DNA of 63,985 nucleotides, filler included, from Octopus bimaculoides (GCF_001194135.2; 5 parts of 5 records of this genome joined end to end with filler, not necessarily neighbours in it), one strand, 5' to 3'. Shown: positions 1 through 13,118, counted from the first letter of the whole stretch. Program-made: numbers and translations. The notes: generated from the sequence alone by a model not told the origin.

Positions 1-27
1 TATATATATATATATATATATATATTC

Positions 28-290
28 CCATCGCATTTGAGGAGATATGATGCTAGATTCAATTCTCGTGCAGCCAGCTTTCAATAGAATTTGTGTGTTG
101 GGCATCTTTTTTTTACCATTTGATGTTTAGGATTCTTCTTAAACTCTTTTGGTTAAAGTGTTCAAGGAAATTAAGGTGCTTGCGATGTACTGTCCACGTT
201 TCCGGAGAGTACAACAGAACACTTAGAATGCAAGCCTTGTACACACTAATCTTTGTCTTGATATTGATGCCATGATCTACACATACTCTC
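28..290 (-). mobile_element. RTE-clade LINE fragment (region C-terminal to the RT domain)
   Basis: Minus-strand translation GINIKTKISVYKACILSVLLYSPETWTVHRKHLNFLEHFNQKSLRRILNIKW...PNTQILLKAG...QMRW matches the RTE motif KxxxYxxxxLSVLLYGxETW...LRxILxIxW...LRW. Confidence 0.75.
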
Positions 291-299
291 TTATCATAG

Positions 300-452
300 A
301 TACATGCATACATACATACCCACATACATACATACATACACACTTGCATACATACATACATACATACATACATACATGCATTTATACATACATACATACA
401 TACATACATGCATTTATACGTACATACATACATACATGCATAGATACATACA
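300..452. repeat. (TACA)n microsatellite
   Basis: Direct reading. It produces the spurious HTYI/MYVC ORFs. Confidence 0.92.
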
Positions 453-454
453 TT

Positions 455-870
455 CAAGAACATCGTTATCAAACTCAGAGTGCTCTGAGAGGTTAGACTT
501 GATGCATACCACCAGGTTAAAAATAACCAAATATTAGGACTTAGTAATCGAGGCCCTAATCATGGGATGGCACGGAGCCTTATTTCTCATTGAAGTAGTC
601 ACAGCAGCTTTGGATCTAGGTCAGTGCATTATCGCCTGCAGAAAACAAGTGAGGAACCCAGATAATTGAAGAAAGCCATCAGAAATACAAGCACGGCAGC
701 TGAAACTGGCTCAAGATGGTTATAATTGATAAGAGACCGCAAGTGAAATCCTTCTATTCTTGATGATATGCTCATCTCTCGCCGTCTCACTCAGGTGAAT
801 CGTATCAGACTAAGGGACGAAACTTTGTGACCCTGTGATACCTGCTGACGATAAAAAAAAAGTGGCTTCA
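455..870 (+). mobile_element. Degenerate 3' end of a restriction-like-endonuclease (RLE) LINE, Hero/NeSL-like
   Basis: Frameshifted translation IVIKLRVL*EVRLDAYH..KY*DLVIEALIMGWHGALFLIEVV...KAIRNTSTAAETGSRWL*LIR parallels the Hero-type C-terminus IIELTVPWEE...KYxxL...GW...IEVG...AIRNxxEAAERASRWLWLKR. A putative 3' UTR and short poly-A follow. Confidence 0.62.
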
Positions 871-1781
871 GCATTACAATGGATATTGAAGTCCTTTCAA
901 ACCTATTTCCTGTAGTTTATACGCCGTGGAAAACATCTCTGATTTTTTTCACCTATGTATGATATTATGAAATGTATTGTAGAAGTTAAAATATTAATAT
1001 ACTCCGATGTCTGTCTTATATGAATGTATAAAATCTATTTTGAGAATGAAGCAATATTTTTTCAATATATTCATAAGTGATTAGTTTTATTTATATCTCA
1101 CATTAGCATAAGATTGTAATTTTATTCAACGATACAGTCGATTAATTCATCTCACTGTATTATTAGTACTAATTTTATCGATTCTCATAGGATGACATTA
1201 GCGTGAACTTATGTCAGATTTGATTTCAATGTCTGCGAACATAAATATTTCAACTAATGCATTTTACCAAGGTTATACTCACTTAGCAAACCTATAAACA
1301 TTTCCCTTGATCAACATTTACGTAAAAATTTGCCTGATAATACACATAGTGGAAAACCTTTTGCACTATCGAACCCTTCTGTATACAAATGTTCAACAAA
1401 TACTTGCGGTTTAACAAAATACCCATTAGCATAACGTAAGCTAGTGAAATGGTAGATTATGTTAAATTTAGAATCTAAATGCTCTTTATTTAGCTAACAC
1501 ATAAGATAACAGACTAGATATTATTATACTTGTTCCATGTGAGTAGGTATAAATAATGAGTAGTATATTTAAAGCTCTCGACGAAGCGAGATATACAAGT
1601 GATTATATAAAGGTTATTGTGTATTCATTCGTGTAAACATGGCTTCTCTCTGAAAGAGTCGTATTAAATATTTAAACGAAGCGATATCTACATGTGCAGG
1701 ATGGATTGTTAGAAACAGAATCTAACAAGTCTTCACACGCTAATATATATATATATATATATATACATACATATATATAAT

Positions 1782-1812
<31 letters not shown>

Positions 1813-1842
1813 ATGTGTGTGTGTGTGTGTGTGTGTATGTAT

Positions 1843-2150
1843 AAAATCATATAATATATTTGTGAAATTGTCTACAAAAATCAGACTTGTATATACATAT
1901 ATGTGTGCGTGTGTGTGTGTGGGGGGAGTATGTGTGTATGCATGTGTGTATATGTATATGAAAATTAAGATAGATTTAGATATATATGTTTGTATGTATT
2001 AAATCACATATGTTTGTAAAATTGTCTACAAAAAATCGGACTTGTATATACATATATATATGGGGAGGGGGTATGTGTGTGCGTGCATGCGTGTATATGT
2101 ATATAAAAATTAAGATATATTTAGATATATATGTGTGTATGTATATTAAA
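1843..2150. repeat. Diverged tandem duplication, about 155-bp unit, 2 copies
   Basis: aaatcatat..tttgtgaaattgtctacaaaaatcagacttgtatatacatat...aaaattaagatagatttagatatatatg recurs at about 2001 with substitutions. Confidence 0.8.
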
Positions 2151-3536
2151 CAGTGCCACTGCACTGTTTATTTTGATAAGAGATCAGCATGGCGCGCACA
2201 AATGGTTGTGATGCATGTGTCTGGTGTACCCTTATATGACAAGAAAGCATGATGGTTATAATGTACCATTGTGTCACTTTGATTGCATTCGCTGCTCTAT
2301 CACCCAATAATAACGACAATAATAGTGACGATGATGATGATGATGATGATGATGATGAAATCATTATTTTTCTTGTATTAACCACAATTGATCGAATGGT
2401 CAAAAACACGAAATATTCATTAAAATGTATTATGAAATGTGAGAGACGTATTTACAAATACAGTATGACAGGATATGAAACTGTAACCATTTGGTATTTT
2501 AAAAGTAGATGTATTGTATAATTGAAAGATAATTATCAGGAAATAAAACATGAAAGACTATTCGCAAGGTTTGGTTTGGGCAGTGCATGAACCTATATAA
2601 TCTCTATATCTCAAGAGTGCAACCGAAACACCAGAAAGCATTTTGTAAGAGACTTGATGTTGAAAACACCAGTGCCGCTAGAGTATGGCAAATTAGTTTA
2701 GTTCTAACATCTGTCTAGATGTCTGTTAGTTATTTGTTTGATATTCAAAGGACAGCATGAATTAGATATTTTTCGTCCTCTCTTTTCCTATTACTTCGTT
2801 ATTCTTAAATGTTACATTGTTACTTTCGAGAACTTTTCCCTCCTCACCACTTTTTGCGGCTTGATCTTGAAACTTCTTCGATGATATTATGTTCTTTGTT
2901 TGCTTTCATGGATTCACCACAACGTAGTTAATTTTTCTGTACCCATATTATTCTACCCTCGTCGCATAAGGATTTGGTTTTCGTTCTGTTTCTACTATTA
3001 AAGATCACAACGTGTAGTTATCTATTTCTAATACTGATGCTAATATGATTTCTCTTGATATCTCCAGTAGTCTGGTTGATAATGGTGTCAAATCTGCCAG
3101 TGTCTTACTTCTCAATTTTTTCTATCGTGTTCCATAATTTTCGTTGCCTTCATGGTTATGGTTGATAGTTCTGAGCATTTAGCTGTAAGGCGTTTCTTAC
3201 TATGGCAAAATAGCTAATCAGCTATCAGTGCTGTATCATAAATTTAATTCCATGTCTCAGCAACTCCTATTTGGAACAGATACGGTTTGGCCGTATGACA
3301 CTCAGGGGCCGTTAGGCCTTGCAAAACTGGTATACCCCTTCGTAAAATATAACGTTTCGTAAGTGCTGTTCTGAACATTCATCCACACTGCAGCACAAAG
3401 TAGATCCCTAATCACAAAACATGCCAATTCTGTTGTTTTTCTGATGGCCTTTCAATTTCTAACCCAAGGACAGGACCAGAATTTTCGGACGGAACATCTA
3501 TGGTCGGAACTCAGAGTAAACTGCCGACATTGGAAA

Positions 3537-3823
3537 TCTATATACATAAATGTGTAATGGTGTCTGTGTGTGTGTGTGTGTTTAGGTATACTCTAACTAC
3601 TCCCACACTGTCCGACCGATTTTAATGATTTTTGGTACATAGGTTGATCACATGGCCTGAGGTTCAAATAAGGCCAGAATTTATCGAAAACATACAAGGA
3701 AACCGAACGAAAACAAACAAGTAGGATCGTTAGACCAGAACGAGTGTAAAATAGCGAACGCCTCCACTGTCCTGTTCTTGTTCCCAACTTCGACCCTCCA
3801 TAAATCCCAAATTTTATTTTGGC
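3537..3823 (+). mobile_element. Helitron-like (HINE-type) non-autonomous 5' end
   Basis: Starts A|TCTATATACATAAA, then a short (GT)n and ccgattttaatgatttttggtacataggttg. This is the same layout as the Helitron terminus at 20837. Runs into an N gap. Confidence 0.5.
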
Positions 3824-4916
3824 ANNNNNNNNNNNNNNNNNNNNNNNNNNNNNNNNNNNNNNNNNNNNNNNNNNNNNNNNNNNNNNNNNNNNNNNNNNNN
3901 NNNNNNNNNNNNNNNNNNNNNNNNNNNNNNNNNNNNNNNNNNNNNNNNNNNNNNNNNNNNNNNNNNNNNNNNNNNNNNNNNNNNNNNNNNNNNNNNNNNN
4001 NNNNNATATATATATTTATATGCATATGTATATATATATATACACACACATATATAGATGTATATTTATGTATATGTATGTATATATATATGTATATGTA
4101 TATATATATATATGTATATACACACACACACAAACACACACACACACACACACACACACTTATATATATATAGAGAGAGAGAGAGTGAGAGAGAGGGGGG
4201 AAGAGAGAGATGCACACATATATTGACATATATAACTTGTAAAAATATTTATGTATACATAACCGGAGAGGTGCATGTATAAATATGTATATATGCATGT
4301 ACATATGTATACATCCATACAAGTATGCATATATGTCTATAAGAAATGTGAGGAAGAGACACATCCGTAGAAACAGGTAACTCACAATTCTGTCACGTTA
4401 TATCGGCGGTCATGTGACCATCTTATCTTACATTTGCCTTTCACATGTTAACGTCTTCTTTTCCGTGCTTGTCAAGCAATAATGGATGCAATATAATGGT
4501 GATAAATTGACAGCTGAGACTGGTAACGAGACGAATAACAGTAATATATACGATGTCATTGAAGAAAGCCAAACATCGTAAGGAAAGTAAAAAATATATG
4601 TATTAGATATAATAATATGCGTAATAGATTTTTTTTCCCGTTAGACAATTAGTTTTTTTGTTCTTTATTCTTTCAATTCTTTTTTGATTTTTGTATTCAT
4701 GACTCCCTTACTTTCCTTATTTAGAAATTCACGCAACAATATTGCGTGTTGTGGTGGAAATATTACAAGAAAAGCTGCTTACATAATCAGGCAATATTAT
4801 TTGAAAGCTGCTTTGTCAGCAAAACGAGATTCGTAAAGAAAGGCGCGCCAAGTATATTATCAAGAAAAAAGAAGTCTATTGAGAAAGTATTGTCAACAGA
4901 ATATTCTAATGGTAGA

Positions 4917-4990
<74 letters not shown>

Positions 4991-5372
4991 CAAAAAATTG
5001 AATATTAGTTTGATTAATATCAATTTAAACCAGTGGTCTATAAGAGGGATAGCCACTAAATGGACATGCAATGTGCTAGATATAGACCCCATATGGTCTG
5101 ACTACTAAGAAAAGGTTGTTCTCAAGAAAATTCAGCAAACGCCAGAACGTAATCGAGCAAGATAAATGAAAAGATATAAAATATAACGATTAGTCACATA
5201 CCAGATTTCATTGTTACCATTTACATATTTAAATACGTAAATGTCTGCATTTCATCAGTGACCGTCATAGCAAAATATATTTTGCAGAACCATACACGCG
5301 TCGTCCATGCGAGATAGAACATGAATATAATTTTGCCAATTATATTTGAGGGTATATTTCAAATGGAGCGCC

Positions 5373-6185
5373 AAAAATCTGGCCGCTTTTCTTAGTATCA
5401 TTAGTTGTTGACAGTAAACATCTGAATTGATCGTTTGGTTCCTTAGAAGCAGTTCAAAATCCACAACACCTTTGTAATCTCACCAAATTTACAGCATGAC
5501 ATTTTTTTATGCAATTCAAGTTTCGATGTAGTTTGTGCTGGTACATTACGCTTAGACCATGATTGTTTTCGACTGATGTTATTGTAGACAATTCGTTTTT
5601 CCTCACCAGTGAGGATTCGTTTCAAGAAAAAAGGTCGATTATATAGTGCTTGAGATGCATATCGCAAATATCGATTCGTTGTTTTAAGTGAATCTCTTTC
5701 AGTTAATGTAGAACCTAAGTATCAAGATTCTTACACAGTTATATAGCAATAAGATTCAGCTATATCTTTAATTCGGTCATCATCAACTTCCGTAAGTCGA
5801 GCAGAACGTTGGTCTGCTTTGATTGTAAAATCTCCAGAGCGGAATTTTAAAAACCATTTCTGACGTGTGCCTTCTGTTAAGCTATCAAAACCGAAAACTT
5901 CACATATCTCTTTGTGAGCCTCGGTAGCTTCTTTGCCTTTACGGAAATAAAAAAGCTAAATTTAGCGAAAATTTCCGTTTTTTGCACTCCGTGTTAAATT
6001 TGACACTGAACTAACAGCTGTAAAGAAAATTACGTGCAATTTCCCTCTAAAGTAAGCTAAAAGTAACAGCTATCAAATGTCAAATGGAGAAAATCATAAC
6101 ATTGACAAAAGGCATTTTAAAAAATCGTGACTCTATTTATTTGCAAAAATAAAAAAATAACCCGAAATTACTTTCTTGCCAACGA
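5373..6185 (-). mobile_element. Mariner transposon, 5' TIR plus disrupted transposase, 3' truncated
   Basis: Minus-strand peptides GKEATEAHKEICEVFG...QKWFLKFRSGDF, HLKQRIDICDMHL, FLKRILTGEEKRIVYNNISRKQSW and DFELLLRNQTINSDVYCQQL. TIR-like gttggcaagaaagtaatttcgggttat at about 6158-6183. Confidence 0.9.
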
Positions 6186-6226
6186 CGAGTTTCTTTCCGT
6201 TTCCGATCTACGAAATGCACTAACAA

Positions 6227-6340
6227 TGCTTTGGTAAGCCTCAGGCTATAGTCGAAGACATGCACCAGAGTTACCATGCAGTGGGACTGAACACGGAAGA
6301 ATGTCGTTGGGAAGCAAACTTCTTACTCCGTCTGCGCCTA
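6227..6340 (-). mobile_element. tRNA-derived SINE (family A) 5' head fragment
   Basis: Reverse complement taggcgca..gtaagaagtttgcttcccaac...gttcagtcccactgcatgg matches the heads of the copies at 34146 and 57312. Confidence 0.7.
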
Positions 6341-6803
6341 TTGCGAAGTAATTTGTCACACTTCTAACAATGTCAAGAAATGTATTGCAAATGGGTCCCC
6401 ATTATAGACCCACTCATAGTTGCCTGGTTGCATTTGTATATATATCAGTTACTAAATGGCTTCATTATCAATGCCATTTCAATGGTCAGTGCAGTTTTTA
6501 CTCATTTGAGAATATGTGCAACTATCAGAAGACATAATCAACAGCATTCACAAAACCATTCTCGCAGAGAAACATACAAACACAAACACGTAGTCTGCAC
6601 ACATATATGCGTATATCTTAAGGAAATGAATTCTGTCAAATTGTCACAAATGCATTATCCGACTGCCAGTCAATATGAAGTTTCCGACAAATCCTTTACT
6701 TTATACTTTCACAAACATATATTTAAAATTTTGAAACAATTTGTGTATGAACGGCTTTAGCATACACACACACAAACGTGCACAAACATGCGCACGCCCG
6801 TGC

Positions 6804-6854
<51 letters not shown>

Positions 6855-6932
6855 GGTGTGTGTGTGTGTATAAGCAATAGTAAATCTCTGAACGTGGTAT
6901 AAACAAGTAGCTGCACGACAACGTGAAGTATA

Positions 6933-7165
6933 TTTGCCACTTAAATGCGGCTAACCCCTAAGGCTGAATGCTACTGTAGCTTGTAGCCCCAGGAGAACAT
7001 CTCCTCCAGCTGGCTATTGACACACTTTCTGTGCCCTGTCGGTATTTGCAAAGGGAAGTCATCCTTTCCATCGTCGATCTGACGTGATACGCACAGAACC
7101 GGGTTTCTGGGTATTTACCCTTCGTCAGCGAACGACAATCACCGATCTAGGGTGTTTGGCAAGCA
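6933..7165. mobile_element. Fragment related to the MITE at 32646-32920
   Basis: ttgccacttaaa..ggct..cctaagg..tgctactg..ccccaggagaacatctcctccagctg aligns by eye with the left arm of that MITE. No clear right TIR. Confidence 0.45.
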
Positions 7166-7418
7166 CATTCATTGAAGGTTCGAACTAGATATATTGCGGT
7201 ATTTGCAGAGTTAATAGCCCATCCTATCATAGTTATGTGGTAGGTTTAATTCGCTCCTCGATTGAACACTACAGTCGGTCATTGAGTGCATCAACTGAGC
7301 CACTACCTTAATACCTGAAATATTCAGGTAATGCCCCTTGATTTTTCATAGTTTCCAAGGACCTACGATGGATCGTAAACACCACTTACCGTTCTCATCA
7401 AGTACGGAAAATGTCCAT

Positions 7419-7580
7419 TCATATTGCTGTTAGTTCTATTTATTTATTTCTGAAAGCTGCTTCGTGATAGGATTATGTATTTACTTTACGAAACACAAAA
7501 AACATCCCTTCATATTGCTGTTAGTTCTATTCATTTCTGAAAGCTGCCTCATCAGAAGATTATATTTACTTTACGAAACC
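7419..7580. repeat. Local tandem duplication, about 75-90 bp
   Basis: tcatattgctgttagttctatt...tttctgaaagctgc...tatttactttacgaaac occurs twice. Confidence 0.8.
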
Positions 7581-7775
7581 AGCCTCCTCATGGGATTATG
7601 TTAACCTTATTTATGGGCTTCGGAGTATAGTATATTCGGGCAGGATTTCGGATTTGAACTCAGGGCCAAAAGAATAGAGATGATGACAGACAGGATTCCT
7701 TAGTCACCCCGCTTGACATATGCAGTTGCATTAGAGTTTAAATCATGTATATTATAAGTCGCTTTTGTAAGATAA

Positions 7776-8028
7776 TAAATAAATAAAAATAAATGCGCCC
7801 TTTAAAAGCCTAGCCAGTATCATGGGCCCGGTTTCCCGGTTTCTATGGCATATGTGTTCCCCTGCTGGACGGAGACCCATCTATCGCAGCGTTACTCAAT
7901 TTTGCCAGCCGAGTGGACTGGAGAAACGTCAGACTCAAGAACACAGCGCGTCACAAGGTCCAGGAATCGAAACCACAATCTTACGATCACGGTGCTGACA
8001 CCCTAACCACTAAGCAACGCGCCTCCAC
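7776..8028 (-). mobile_element. Full-length tRNA-derived SINE with CORE-like body and 13-bp TSD
   Basis: Minus strand has A-box gcttagtggttagg, B-box ggtttcgattcc, tccagtccactcggctgg and an (ATTT)n tail. Direct repeat ttttgtaagataa flanks it at 7763-7775 and 8029-8041. Confidence 0.9.
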
Positions 8029-8272
8029 TTTTGTAAGATAACACAAATGCAAATATGATTACAAATATTATTATTATATCATATATTGGGTAAAAAAAAG
8101 AACCAGCTGACAGCAGAAACTATCGGAAAGATTGGAAATGTGTCAGCAAACAGCGGATCTTTTTTAACCAGTTTATATTATGAGGTACTCTCTATAGTCA
8201 TATTTGCGTTCGAGCTACTTCATAAAAGAGGTTTATTTTCTTATTGCTCTCGCATCTGATTTATTCTCTACA

Positions 8273-8329
8273 TATGTACCTCTTCTATGTACCTCTTCTA
8301 TGTACCTCTTCTATGTACCTCTTCTATGT
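8273..8329. repeat. 13-bp minisatellite (tatgtacctcttc) x4.4
   Basis: Four perfect copies read directly. Confidence 0.95.
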
Positions 8330-9557
8330 TGATGTGATTGCATTGTTTATGTTATATTTGTTATGTTATCGTTGCAGCTGTTATACAATGATTGCTAGTA
8401 TTGGTATTTCTTTTGATATTGGTTTTAGCAGCAGTGGTGTTGGTAGAGTTGATAAGAATGGCTTGTTGATATTGTTGTTCATCACAGTAATGATCACGCA
8501 GCTGCTACTGCTGCTGCTGCTTTTGCTGAGGAGGAGCAGGAGGAGGGGCAGTAGAGGGGTGAGCTGTGGATGGAGGGACGGAAGCGAGAGGCTGAATATG
8601 ATCTTGTCGACGACCATGATGATGGTGCAGTTGACAATGATGATGTTGAGATATAGTGCTGGTGCTGATGTCGTTGGAAAGAACTAAGTACGGGCATGTG
8701 TGAGTCAGTGGTGGCCAGGCATAACGATAAGCCAGAAGAGAGACAGATTTGCCATAAAGCGAATATACGCCTTGTGATGGACGTGAACGTTTATAGCCGT
8801 TGGCGGTGCCTTACGCAGTTTGAGTTAATAATGGTTTTGAAGGTGTGGTGGGAAGGTTGCAAAAAGAGAAAGCAAATAAAGCAAAACGGAAAAAAAACTA
8901 TTTTTCAGTAGTAAGAAATGATGTGGTGATTAGAATCACCGATGTCACGCGATAGCGCTGCCCCTTGGGTCTGTTGTCACACTACACTGAGATTGGTGTG
9001 GCATTTTACATTGTGTTTGTGGGGCTATATGATAGAAGCATAGGCTACTTTTGCAGTATTTTTATCATATGTATATTTGTGTCTTTGCATGTATATATAT
9101 ATATATATATTTATACATACATGCATACACATACACACGATTATATGTATATAGACACACGATTATATGTACATATGCACCTACATATATATACGTACTC
9201 ATACTTACATACGCACATATGTACATACAAGCACACACACGTACACGCACGCAAATGTATAATGAAATTAAAAACAGGGTCAGCGGAGTGTGCATGGAAA
9301 AAGATAGGCAGTGTATTTTCAGAAAGTAAATCACATATACGACCGCATAGCCAAACATACGCACACAGGCGCTCTCCTAGCCTCGCTCACTTCACAGACC
9401 TAAGTCTTTATTTAATAACGTTTCTTTCGTCTTATCTCAATGTTTGCGTTTTTGTGTTTTCCGTTACAGTCCCGTTTCTATTTACCTTTTACTTTGTCAC
9501 ACCGACACTCACATTCCATCTTTTTTCTGGCTATTTTATGCCCCTCTCTCTCCCTCG

Positions 9558-9606
<49 letters not shown>

Positions 9607-10899
9607 CCCATTTTCCCTTCCACATTTTCGTCTATGATCATTTCATTATCTTCATATTTTATTTTGCACATTACTCTGGTTGCTGCCTCCAGGATAAAAA
9701 AAAAAGATACTTGGTGACATTTTCTCACCAGTTCTTTGTTTCTTTGTCATGAACGGTAACCATCTAATCTATTGTTTAGTCACTGTTTCGAAACTGCTTT
9801 GATTTTCTGTATGAAATCAAGATATTTCTCATAAACGTTATTTTTAAGTTTTACCATTATCGTCCATATCAGGCATGCATATGAAACCAAAATTGTTATT
9901 GCATTGAATAATACCTAATGTACATACTCGTAAACAAGCAATATGTTGCGAGAAGAAGTGCATTATATTGCACACAAAATTAGGACACTTAAACAGCTTT
10001 AGATGTGGAATAAGCAGAAAACTAGGTTAGTCTAGAAAGTGCATTATTAAAAGAAACCACTATCATCTTCTGGAATGCTCTACATAATTTGATCTGTTGT
10101 GTGATTTTGATAGTCAGCAAGAATAACCTGCTATATCCTTTGTAGTCGACTATCACTGGATTTTTTTTATATGTGTACGTTTCAGTCTAGGTGGAAATTT
10201 CCTGCGTTTGGTTGACAAACTAGTTTTAAATGGTTGCGAGTTATATTAAATGACTGTGGTGCAAAATGTACTTTAATGTTCATTTTATATCCTAGATTAC
10301 TGAAAGTTCATAATTTCAGATTTGACGTTGTGAAATTTTTTCGTAAACATCCGTAAATACTTGCCTGATAATTTTTTCTCAACTTGCTTATATATACTGA
10401 TAAATAGCTCATCTTTCATTTATGTTATCTTTAAGCTCGATAATGAAATCACTTTTTAGTTATTTATTTTTAATTTCTGAAAATTTCGACAGAGATATTT
10501 GAAAGAGTTACCTACTTTATTTAAGGCTTAAATATTATGTTTGATATGAATAGCGTTATAAAGCGTTTTCGGATTTCAGTAGGGATATGTTGTTGAGGTT
10601 TGTTTCCTAATATGGAAATCTCTTCTTTCCGTCCATTCTTTTCTTGCCCCGTGATCTCTTTCAGTTGGACAATTCAAAGCCACCCACTTCAACAAAAACA
10701 AATTTATCTAACCACATTGTTGTTTAAGCTCTAAGTATATCAACTTGGATAACTTTACATATGATGCAAATGTGTCTGAAGTATTTGACATTTTTCAAAG
10801 CAAGTCTCACGAATTATTGCAACAGTTACAGACATAAACAAGAGGTCAACCGGTACAGATGCAAATTTAACCCCGTCACTCCAAAACACACATCAAGTC

Positions 10900-11260
10900 T
10901 GTCTTTGAGTCATTAGATTGATTTATTCTTACATATCATTGCATTGTCAATAAGCAGGATTATTTATTATACGGACGAATTGCATTAAGTATATTTTCCC
11001 GTGTCAATGAAAATACAAGTGTCGGTTGCCGGAGTTGGCGGGCTATTTTGATTGAATCTTATCAGGAATAATTCTACTACAATTTGGGATATCTAAACTG
11101 ACCGCTATGTCGTTTGATTTAGACTTTCTGAATAGTTTAGGTGGTGCTCTATATCGGCAGGTGGTGCAAAGATATCCACATTTCTTCCTAATAGTGCATT
11201 CAGTACAACAAGGACATGTAACTTATAAAATATGATTGTAGGGCGTTCGACACAATGAAG
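10900..11260 (-). mobile_element. Possible highly degraded Penelope-like GIY-YIG remnant
   Basis: Minus strand gives IIFYKL/TCPCCTECTI across a frameshift, resembling the PLE motif VxYKxTCPxCxxxYIG. Weak. Confidence 0.28.
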
Positions 11261-11352
11261 TATAAATCATATAAATGTGGATAAATTTAGGAAATCTATC
11301 TTCGATCTGATCTTGTTGTGGAGCCGAGATATATCAACCATAGCAGCATATT

Positions 11353-11705
11353 GTGGAGGCGCAATGGCCCAGTGGTTAGGGGAGTGGACTCGCGGTCATA
11401 GGATCGCAGCTTCGATTCCCAGACCGGGCGTTGTGAGTGTTTATTGAGCGAAAACTCCTAAAGTTCCACGAGGCTCCGGCAGGGTATGGTGGCGAACCCT
11501 GCTGTACTCCTTCACCACAAATTTCTCTCACTTTTATTTCCTGTTTGTGTTGTGCCTGTAATTCAAAGGGCCAGCCTTTTCACACTGTGTCACGCTGAAT
11601 ATCCCCCAGAACTACGTTAAGGGTACACGTGTCGGAGCAGGCTGTTCCGTTGATCGGATCAACTGGAACCCTCCAGGTCGTAAGCAACAGAGTGCCAACA
11701 ACAAC
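11353..11705 (+). mobile_element. tRNA-derived SINE (family B) with 11-bp TSD
   Basis: A-box tggcccagtggttagg, B-box cttcgattccc and a (CAA)n tail. TSD agcagcatatt at 11342-11352 and 11706-11716. Closely similar to 41412-41801. Confidence 0.92.
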
Positions 11706-12157
11706 AGCAGCATATTACAAACAGACTGCGAACTCATTCTTGGACGTTAGTACACCAAATATCATTCGCTTTCTTTTACGATTCGTTGTTTGACATATAT
11801 TTCCAATACAAAGAATTGTATGCTTGAACTCACCTACTTTAGTATTAGACCATAATTTAGCGAAGGACATTTCAAACGCTTGTTCCACTCCCCAAAATTT
11901 CAAACCAGACAGAACAGTTTGCTTAAGAATTTTAACTACTTAAATGGGAAAACGTCATAAACGGGCAGCTTCGCGTCTCTTGACGATTCTATTTATTAAC
12001 TAAAGCTGATATGTTTGACAAAATCTAATGCCACAAATAATCAACCCCCAACTTTTAATATTCGCGTTCAAAACAGCAACATTATCACTCTGTGTCTTTC
12101 ATGTTATTAGCTGACTCCGATATTCTGGCATGAATACATACAAACACACATACATGC

Positions 12158-12193
<36 letters not shown>

Positions 12194-12321
12194 NNNNNNN
12201 NNNNNNNNNNNNNNNNNNNNNNNNNNNNNNNNNNNNNNNNNNNNNNNNNNNNNNNNNNNNNATGTGTGTGTATGTATATATATATATTCATATATATACA
12301 TGTATACATATACATATATAC

Positions 12322-12370
<49 letters not shown>

Positions 12371-13039
12371 TGTATGTGTGTGTGTTTGTGTATGTGTGTA
12401 CGTATGCATGTATGTATGCATGTATTCGCTCTCATGTTTCCTGTCAATATTTTCCATATATTGGGAAATTAGTATGTATTCGTACATGTATGAATGCACA
12501 TACATATATGAATACATACAAATATAATCACACACACATACACAGACATACACACACATACATGCACTCATACACACACACGCACACAAACCCGCTCTCT
12601 TTGTCTCTATGTGCGTATATGTGCGCGCGTTTGAGTGCCTTGTTTTGGTTTATTTGTATATGTATGTGGACCATATTTGTCACGACTGTGTCTCGGTATA
12701 AAATTTTTATTAAATATTTCTAAACATATTTATTGTTCATTTAAGATTAGATTGCATTAATAGCATTCCTAAAACCATTAATTTTTCATGTACTTAAAAA
12801 TTTGAAGAGGCCCAATCCCGATTTTAGATAATATTCTTCCTGTCATAAACTGCACCTCTATCATTATCAAAATTTCAATTACGTTTTATCTACTGTAACG
12901 AAAGCATTTTTCTTTCATTGCATCCCGCACCACTGATGACTAAGTAAACTCGGTGCAGTTGTCTCACATACTCACCTAGTCACATATTGTGTCGCATATG
13001 TATTCATTCTTTAATATTTCCTGTATACTCAAACACACA

Positions 13040-13118
<79 letters not shown>

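Noticed and set aside
11353-11430. tRNA gene (A and B boxes)
   Set aside because: It is the head of a SINE with body, tail and TSD, and has no proper cloverleaf end. The same applies at 41412, 7960-8028 and the family A heads.
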